This document shows, piece by piece, positions 49,901 to 57,403 of a DNA stretch of 57,403 nucleotides. A program made the translations under genes and the position numbers. Below the pieces are notes generated by a model. The model saw only the letters and a program-made list of their open reading frames with translations, was not told where the DNA came from and did no database searches. Source of the DNA: Chara braunii (Eukaryota; Plantae; Charophyceae); contig BFEA01000011.1 in assembly GCA_003427395.1 (NCBI GenBank), forward strand, positions 414,626 through 472,028, in the 5' to 3' direction. Numbering within the stretch: the stretch's first letter is position 1; each line of letters opens with the position of its first letter.

Positions 49901-52610
49901 AGGGAGAGGCTGCACTGATGCTCGAGCGGTATATGGGGATACCCCAGGCACCGGTGGGACAAAAGGAGGAGGATGTAGAACGGGCCAGACACCAGGCCCG
50001 GACAGTGATGGTGCCGCCTGCGCTCGGCCGACCAACACGGCCAGACTCTGCTGGATGTCTTGTAAGTTCGTCGTCTGTTGATCTTGCATCTCTACTACTC
50101 GTAGCAAGACCGACCTCAGGGTCATCACTTCATCATCCAACCTCTGGGTCGGGAGTCGACACTAATGGCTGGCTTGTCACGACAACAGTGGACTGACTCA
50201 CAGTCTGTGCGACCGTTGACCCTACAGAACCTGAACCACTAGCCTGAGAACTTTGCTGCGCAGCAGTGGCCATGGTTGATGAAGTAGCGGCTTCGCTTGC
50301 TGCTTGCCTCTGCTTCCCTAGCTCTTCTCTGCTGCTGCAGCCTCTCTCTCTGCTGGCGGAACAAGTATCTGTCGCCCTCTGGTCCTAATGCCAAATGGGC
50401 AGTCGGGCGTCTTGCCGATCGCAAGAGCCTATCGTCCGCCTGTGGGACCTTCCCGTTGCTCATAGGCTACAAAACTGCACACCGTCTGCACTAGGACACA
50501 ATCGATGCCTACCGCAGTGACATGTACAGACCGATTTATAATAAAATGATCGGTGGCTGTTTCATAGAATGTACATTTGGGTCCAACAGGTAAGTTCAGA
50601 TTCCTACAAACGAAAACTATTTTACTTTGACCAGTCCACAAACCGAAGCACAAGGAACAGAAAACAGTTCTAATTGATGCTGTCTGTCAGATGTTAATGG
50701 CTGTATATCTAACTAATCAAATAGAATCGTTTGTTGGGTCTGTTTGCAGAATGGGATCTTGCTCGAACTTATCACCTAGAATCTACCCCTCCCTCGATTA
50801 TTCTTGAATGTCTCTTGTCGTCAACGTCCCTGAGCGATCCAGATAGCGTGCGTTTCTAAGGGTGTGCAAACGGCCCACCCCTGTGCCCCAAGTCCTGCTG
50901 AGCTGGCCAGCCATGCACAGTATTTATCCTCGTGTGCAGTGAGCCTTACACCGACCGATTGGCTGATCAGGAGGCACGTTTTTATTGACGGCCCCCAAAG
51001 TCCTCAGGAATTTTTTATCGTCGCAAATAGGACGACGATCACAGCCAATGGAAGGTATCCCGCCAGTGCTTATATTTATAGACGCCCGGTCTCGTCTGTC
51101 CCCTAGGGCTGGCCTGCCCTTCAGAACCCCTCTACAGCGCAGCGAGCAGAAAGGATAAAGCAGCAAAGCATGCGTGCTCTACTCCCGGTGGGTTGGCATG
51201 GTGACCGTGACCCAGTGCTTTGTCCAGGGCCCTTCAGATAGCACCGCCCTCTCCTTCCAGATGCTCCACGTGAAGATTGACAACTCTCAAGGTTGAGCGC
51301 GCACGACTCCTCACATGAGAGGACTCTCAAGACAGAACGCATCCTCTCAAGTGTCGAAGAGGGTAGATAAGGTTAGGTGCAACGTACCTCAAAATAGCTG
51401 CCCCAAACCACAAATATTCTCACCAGATGACCCAATGTTGATTGTGATGACCAGTCACTGCTTCGGCACAACCAGCATTGCGCAACCGTTGACCTCAGCA
51501 TCAATCACAAACCGGTTAGTTCTCATCACACTACGAACACCCAATCATCACCGCTTAGCCTTCCTGGCGAACCCCTCTCCACCTGGGTCGCCTACTTATC
51601 TTCGCCCTCCTCACTACACACGTCCCACGGCACGGTCGCTCACCACACACACCGCGTGCATGTACCGCATTAGCGCACCGAACCACAGCTCCGATACCAA
51701 ATTGCAAGGAAGATGAGCAAATGCGAACTTCAGCAATCAAACAGCATCATACACATGAGACCAGATAGCCGTGACCTCGAACCAAAAGCAGATTGCATCA
51801 CGAGTTTCACGATATAAGAGCACATGAAAAGATCATAATTGATAATGCTGGAATAGTCTCATCATCATCAATCGAAGAACCATGTTGACATCCTATCTGG
51901 CGCTCGGCGCCCAGACTACGAATGGCAGATCCTATCTAGCCTAGACCACAATGTTGCTGATGACTTCAACAGCTTCCCAAGTACGAGCAGACCTCGGCCA
52001 ATGCCGCACGGGTCAAGCACCAGGTATGTCTCTCATATCACTAACAACCTCGTTCCCGAACTCACAGATGCCACTTGCGCCCAAGGACCACCATGCGCCC
52101 CATCCAGCGTACAGCAGCGCAGCTCGGCTATGGCTGCCTGCTCCTTCCAGCTCGCTCGTGAGCGCGTGAGCCTGGCAGGCGATAGCGCAGCAGCGCTTGC
52201 GCACAAAGCAGCCAGTGCCCGAATGTCCAATCCGTAGGCTGGGCCTTTCCTAAATGGAAGTGGCCAGCCTGCTTTCGTGCAGCCTGGCTGCGCTGGGTCC
52301 CTGTCGAGAAGCTTCCGGTAGGCCCAGGGAGGCTGAGCCTCAGACCAAACGAATCAGGCCTAGGGCCCCCGACAGTTACCCGTGCCCAACTGCCCGTTGT
52401 CTGAGTTGGGCCTACGCCGCGTATCTCGCCCAGGGCCTGTCTTAGATGCAGTCGGTAAAGGAGGCCAGGGCCTGGGCGCCTTTAATGAACTGGCGCTGCG
52501 CAACTGCCTGAATTTTCCCCAGTTGCGAAGTAGTCAAAAATATGCCAAATATGCCTCTTGTCGTCTGTCGGACCTGCCTTCACTTAGGGCGGCCGACCTG
52601 TTGCAAATAG

Positions 52611-52795
52611 GGGCCCAGTAGGGCTTACCGAGGCCTATGCCTCGCAAAATGACAGAACTGACCGTTGTGTTTCATTGGTGCTTTCGCTAGAAAAAAATGA
52701 CAGAACTGACCAGTAGGGGCCCAGTAGGGCTTACCGAGGCGTATGCCTCGCAAAACGACAGAACTGACCGTTGTGTTTCGTTGGTGCTTTCGCTA
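52611..52795. repeat. Tandem duplication (~105 bp) of the element A LTR end plus flank
   Basis: gggcccagtagggcttaccgaggc..cctcgca-aaa.gacagaactgaccgttgtgtttc occurs twice. Confidence 0.9.
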
Positions 52796-53360
52796 AAAAA
52801 AAAAAGGAAAAAAACAGGCAGTAGCTATACACATGCACAAAAGACAAAAAATATGAGAGTAGTCGAGTGAGGCCCTATTACAACTTACCTGTTGCCAGAA
52901 TCTGTAGGGCCTCTCTCAACTACACACGTCCGTTGTAGTGCCTCTGTCACATGAGGGCTGCAAGTCCAGCTGTAGTCCGTTTGTAAGGGCCTCGCTCCAG
53001 TACTCGTGCACAAAAGACAAAAAATATGCCGGTGTATCTTTCCTCGCTCCACCATTCTCCAAATGTGCAAAGTGAGAATGAATCTTCCGCTAGAACATGG
53101 AAAGATACACCGCCATATTTTGGTCTTTTGTGCATGTGGAGAGCAGTGGAGCGAGGCCCTGTCAGTAAACAGGCTGTAACTGTTTCCCAAATAAGACAAA
53201 AACAAATAAGAAGAAAAAGAGGAAAAGCAACGGGCCTATCGGGCTGAAGAAAATGCCCTCTGTCGAGAATCCGTAGTGTCCGTTGATACAGGCGTTTGTT
53301 CGGTCCGATAGTGTCAGGAGAATGGTGTCGTTGCACAGCCAACAAACGCCTGTATCAACG

Positions 53361-53362
<2 letters not shown>

Positions 53363-53432
<70 letters not shown>
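53363..53432. repeat. (CA)n microsatellite
   Basis: Read directly. Confidence 0.95.
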
Positions 53433-53437
<5 letters not shown>

Positions 53438-54079
53438 AACAAAAAAAAAGAAAGGCACATCCGCAGATGCACAGGCATGGGGGTCACTCGGCTGCACTCC
53501 AGTGCACTGCCTGTGCATCCTCAGTGCGTGCGGTGTGCACGTGTGCACACATCACCCGTGAGTGCATGGCGCGCGGCGCAGCGCACCGCACGGCGCACCG
53601 CTCAAGTGCGCCGCAAGTATGATAAGGACCTTTTGTTCTTCCTTTCGAAATTCGAAGGCCTTTATTTCTGGGGGACTGGCGTCCGAAGCATAGCTTGGGC
53701 ATCTTGAAAATAGGGGACCCACATATTAGTATTGAGCATCATTGTGGCAATGGAGGGCATCCTCATGATTGGACTAGCACTGGTTGTGCTCGGGATTCTC
53801 TTGACCTCCGGGCAGTGATTGCTGCTGATTGTGGTCATGTTTGTACGCCCGTGACTCTGACACTGTGGCTTGTTTGTTTTCAATTGGTTGACTGGTAATT
53901 TGGATGCGGGCTGCGCCTTGCTGTAGTTGCATTTGAATGTGTGTTTGTGTACAGACATTTGACTACAACCACCACACATTCACACGCGAATGCAACCAGA
54001 CAACCGCATTCGAATACGTCCATGCGACCTCAACCAGACAACCTTACAACCAGAGCTTGGGTCCTCAAGGCTGCAGCTG

Positions 54080-55265
54080 AGTTGTGGTTCGCTTGGATAG
54101 AGCTGTGGAGCTGTAGTGGGTGGCAGAGTAGAATACAGCTGTTCTGGTGCAAGTGTTGGATGTGAACACAGCTGTCCTAGGGGGACTGCCCCAGGTGTGC
54201 AGCAGCTGCCCCTTGTGAGGGCAGGTGTTCTGAGGCATAGGTGGTACTGCTGGTGCACTTGATAGCTGTCCTGATGCATTTGAGGTACAGCTGAATAGGG
54301 TTGTCCTGGTGCTTGGCCGGTGCGTGCGAATTCAGCCCTAAATTCCCTAATGGCACACGGGTGACACACGAGAATGCAGCTGTTGTGGTGCAAGTGGCAC
54401 ATGTGAGCTCAGCAATGTCAGGGAGCGAGTGAGGCATGCTTGTGAATACAGTTTTCCTGGCATGGGTGGTGCATACACGTGAATGCAGCTGCCCTGGCGT
54501 GGATGGAACATCTGAACGCAGCTGTCCTGGTGTGGGTGGCGTACATCAATACATCTGTTCCGGCACAGGTAGGGAACGTGAAATCAGCTGTCCTGATGTA
54601 GTGTGCTGCACATGAATACAGCTGTCCTCACAGTGGTCTGGCGCATGTGAATACAGATGTCCTGGCAGTGGCAGCTGTCCTGGCTGTCGTATGGCACATG
54701 CGAATACAGCTGTCCGGGCAGTGGCATGGAACATGTGAATAGGGTTGATAGCCAAATCCTAGTAGAGAGCAGAGCTACAGGTGTGTCGTTTGAATACAGC
54801 TGTGTGCCACCTTGTTGTATTGGCTGTTTGAACACAGAACTTTAGCGGCATATACACCAGTTCATAGCTCTGGATAGCGGCATATATATAGCTCTGTAGA
54901 GCAGCACTTACATAACTCTGTATACCCGCAGACAGCCCCATATATGGCAGTACAGATAACAGTACATAGCTCTACATAGCAGCATATGCATCTCTCCATG
55001 GAGCAGCAGGTACATAGCTCAGCATACCCGCACATAGGCCATATACGTAGCTCTACATAACCAATAGCCGGTCCGGTTGAACACAAGGACATAGCTGTAT
55101 GTCCTGTAGTTGTATCTGAGTGCCCAAATATGGAATCGTGCGGTTTAATGGGTACACAGCTCTGCATGGCAGCAAATGCACAGCTTTCCGTGGCAAATAG
55201 TTGTACATACCAGTTCATAGCTCTATTTGATAGCACACTTAGCAATGCATACTAGCTCTATGTAG
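54080..55265. repeat. Two adjacent degenerate minisatellite fields (atacagctgtcctg ~33-bp units; tacatagctct ~25-bp units)
   Basis: Recurrent cagctg and atagctct cores. Confidence 0.75.
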
Positions 55266-55680
55266 AAGTGCCTAGGTTTTGTACCCCCTGGCATGCCGTC
55301 CCCTCTTTCTGCTGCAGGTGGCACTGCAGCAGGCAGCTAATAATAATTTCTTGTTCCTGCACCTTGTGCTGTGGTGGGCAGCTAACCTCTTGTAGTAGTA
55401 GTAATAATACAAATTAAATGGCCTCATTTCAGTTGTGAACATTGTTCCAAGGACGCCTTCATAAGTTCCTGTTGATGACAAAGGGGAAGAAGGAACAAGG
55501 AATAGTGAAAAAAAAATCTTCAGTAATAAAGAATATTCACCATGTCTTGTGAATACCAAGAGATAAACGGTTACTCATGCTTCTGAGTCTGAAAGATTCA
55601 CCATAGCGATTAGAGCTTTGGGAGCACAGAGTGGTGCGTGCAAGGTGCAGTTTGCTCGGATCCGGAGGTATGTAACGTGC

Positions 55681-56311
55681 GTGGTAGACTGGTGATACTG
55701 CATGATTCTCTTGGCTGTACGTCCTAATCAAGCCCGGGTGTCATATCATCAGCGGTCATAGATGTGTGGAGAGTCTGGAGACTCTTTCATCAGCATTTTT
55801 CAGTTTGGCTGTCGTCATTGTCCAAGTAATGGTAGAGGATGAGGAGTGCTAAATTGCATGGATTTTTAGTGCAATTCCTTCGTTCCTTCCAAGAGACCTA
55901 ATGCACGTTTACCTGAGTATGAAGTTACTATGAACGAGTGAGGTATTCAAGAGAGAACAGAGTGGCTCTAAATAATCAACTCTCCGCAATGTGTGGTAGA
56001 CTGGTGATACTGCATGATTCTCCTGGGTGATGACTGATGCAGGCTTTACGTCCTAATCAAGCCCGGGTGTCATATCATCATCGGTCATAGATGCGTGGAG
56101 ACTCTTTTATCAGCATTTTTCAGTTTGGCTGTCGTCATTGTCGAAGTAATGGTAGAGGATGAGGAGTGCTAAATTGCATGGATTTTTACTGATTTTTTAG
56201 TGCAATTCCTTCGTTCCTTCCAAGAGACCTAATGCACATTTACCTGAGTATGAACGAGTGAGGTATTCAAGAGAGAACAGACTGGCTCCAAAGAATCAAC
56301 TCTCCGCAATG
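55681..56311. repeat. Tandem duplication of ~312 bp
   Basis: gtggtagactggtgatactgcatgattctc starts at 55681 and 55993; both copies end aatcaactctccgcaatg. Confidence 0.93.
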
Positions 56312-57403
56312 CTTGTGCGCAGGGTGCTGCTGCTGTCAGTCTTTTGACCGGCCTGCTCTGCTTTCTCCGGAAACTTGTACCGGTCTCCGGTGAAGTTTTA
56401 GTTGCTGATTTCCTTGTAAGTGTGTGCTATGCTCCTGTGGGCTCCAATTTGTCGGCAGCCTAAATCCTTGGTGGTGTATTCAATATCAAGCAAGTCACAC
56501 ATATTCTGAGACCAGGTACACGTCTGCTCGGTAGCGTGATATGCAAGCTTAGGACAGTCTTCACTACACCTTTGTGGCTAGTTCTTTCTGGTAAATGGGG
56601 TTTGGCATATTGTGTCAGAAAGGCAAGCAGCAATTTACTAATTCCTTATTCGTTTCCTCTGGTGCACAATCCCTGTTCTGCCACTTAGTTCCTCAACCTG
56701 CTTAGCGCCCTTAGCCTCTCGCTTGGCTCCACTAGTTTGTCTTTTGAACGACTACCGAATTTTGGAATCTCATTTTCTGAGCTCTTATCTTCTTTTTCTT
56801 CCTGTCTGTTTGACGGGTTGTCAGATTTGAGCAGTAGCAGATTATGCCCCTGTGCAAATCTTTCTGAGCTCTATCTTCTTTTTCTTCCTGTCTGTTTGAC
56901 GATTCCCTCCCACCTGCTTATTGTTTTCTCTTCCGTGTTTTGTTCCATGACAAATGTAATATGTGGCATGGTATCCACTGTGGCTCCAGTTGGTTTATTG
57001 AACCTGGAGTTCTGCTGCTGCTGCTGTTCCTGCTGTCCGTAATGAGAGACAATTGTGAGCTATGTGCAAACCTGCCATATGTGAAATGACATGACCCTTC
57101 CTGAAACAAGCGCCTTAAACCACCATGCAAATTCTCAGCCCAAATCTGCATCAGTCGAGGCTGTAGGTCGTCATTTCCCTATCTCCATACTTACTAAAGG
57201 ATGGAGAGGGCCCGGCGACAAGCCCTGTCACGGGCCCAGCGAATTTCTCGGGAGGCGGGCGGCACTGGGAGGAGGCCCGAATCGGGCAGTGGGACCGCAA
57301 ATTTTGAGGCGGGGTCCAGGCCTCATCGGAGGAGAGGCCCACGAAATTGCTGGCGCACGAGCCGGGCGGTACCGGTAGGAGGCGGGGACAGGGCGGTGGT
57401 ACC

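Larger units (their letters stand above)
42544..52646 (-). mobile_element. Ty3/Gypsy LTR retrotransposon (element A), degenerate, with nested insertions
   Basis: LTRs 42544-43468 and 51703-52646 (TG...CA). PBS TGGTATCGGAGC at ~51688-51699. PPT at 43469-43480. Gag at 49181-50140, RT at 47083-47900 (YLDDIL), and RH/INT fragments at 43500-44395. Flanks are aaac and aaat (aaac in the duplicated end). Confidence 0.92.

Noticed and set aside
56775-56901. ~40-bp direct repeat pair
   Set aside because: Small local duplication with no further structure.
57200-57403. GC-rich ORF start running off the window
   Set aside because: Too short and has no motif to assign.

Overview
Eukaryotic, repeat-rich, roughly 50% GC genomic window with dense (GA)n/(CA)n microsatellites and many C>T-type stop codons in its transposons. 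The overall style suggests a streptophyte alga such as Chara (inference only). Contents: (1) 1-5690, a minus-strand Penelope-like retroelement with a GIY-YIG endonuclease upstream of the RT (Chlamys/Naiad-type order). It has direct pseudo-LTRs that each carry a minimal hammerhead ribozyme, and a gag-like upstream ORF (Gly-rich, CCHC knuckle, coiled coil, SAP-like) that is in frame with EN-RT across a single TGA-CTA. (2) One clear host gene, an intronless five-finger CCCH zinc-finger gene (about 10060-12126). (3) Several decayed Ty3/Gypsy LTR retrotransposons, two of them interleaved. (4) A hAT (DUF659-type) DNA transposon (about 28823-33438) whose 5' interior is an array of U6-snRNA-derived units with (GGA)n spacers, including an inverted copy. 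(5) Assorted satellites, hairpins and local duplications. The best novelty candidates are the possible read-through gag-EN-RT Penelope-like element and the U6-derived array inside the hAT element.
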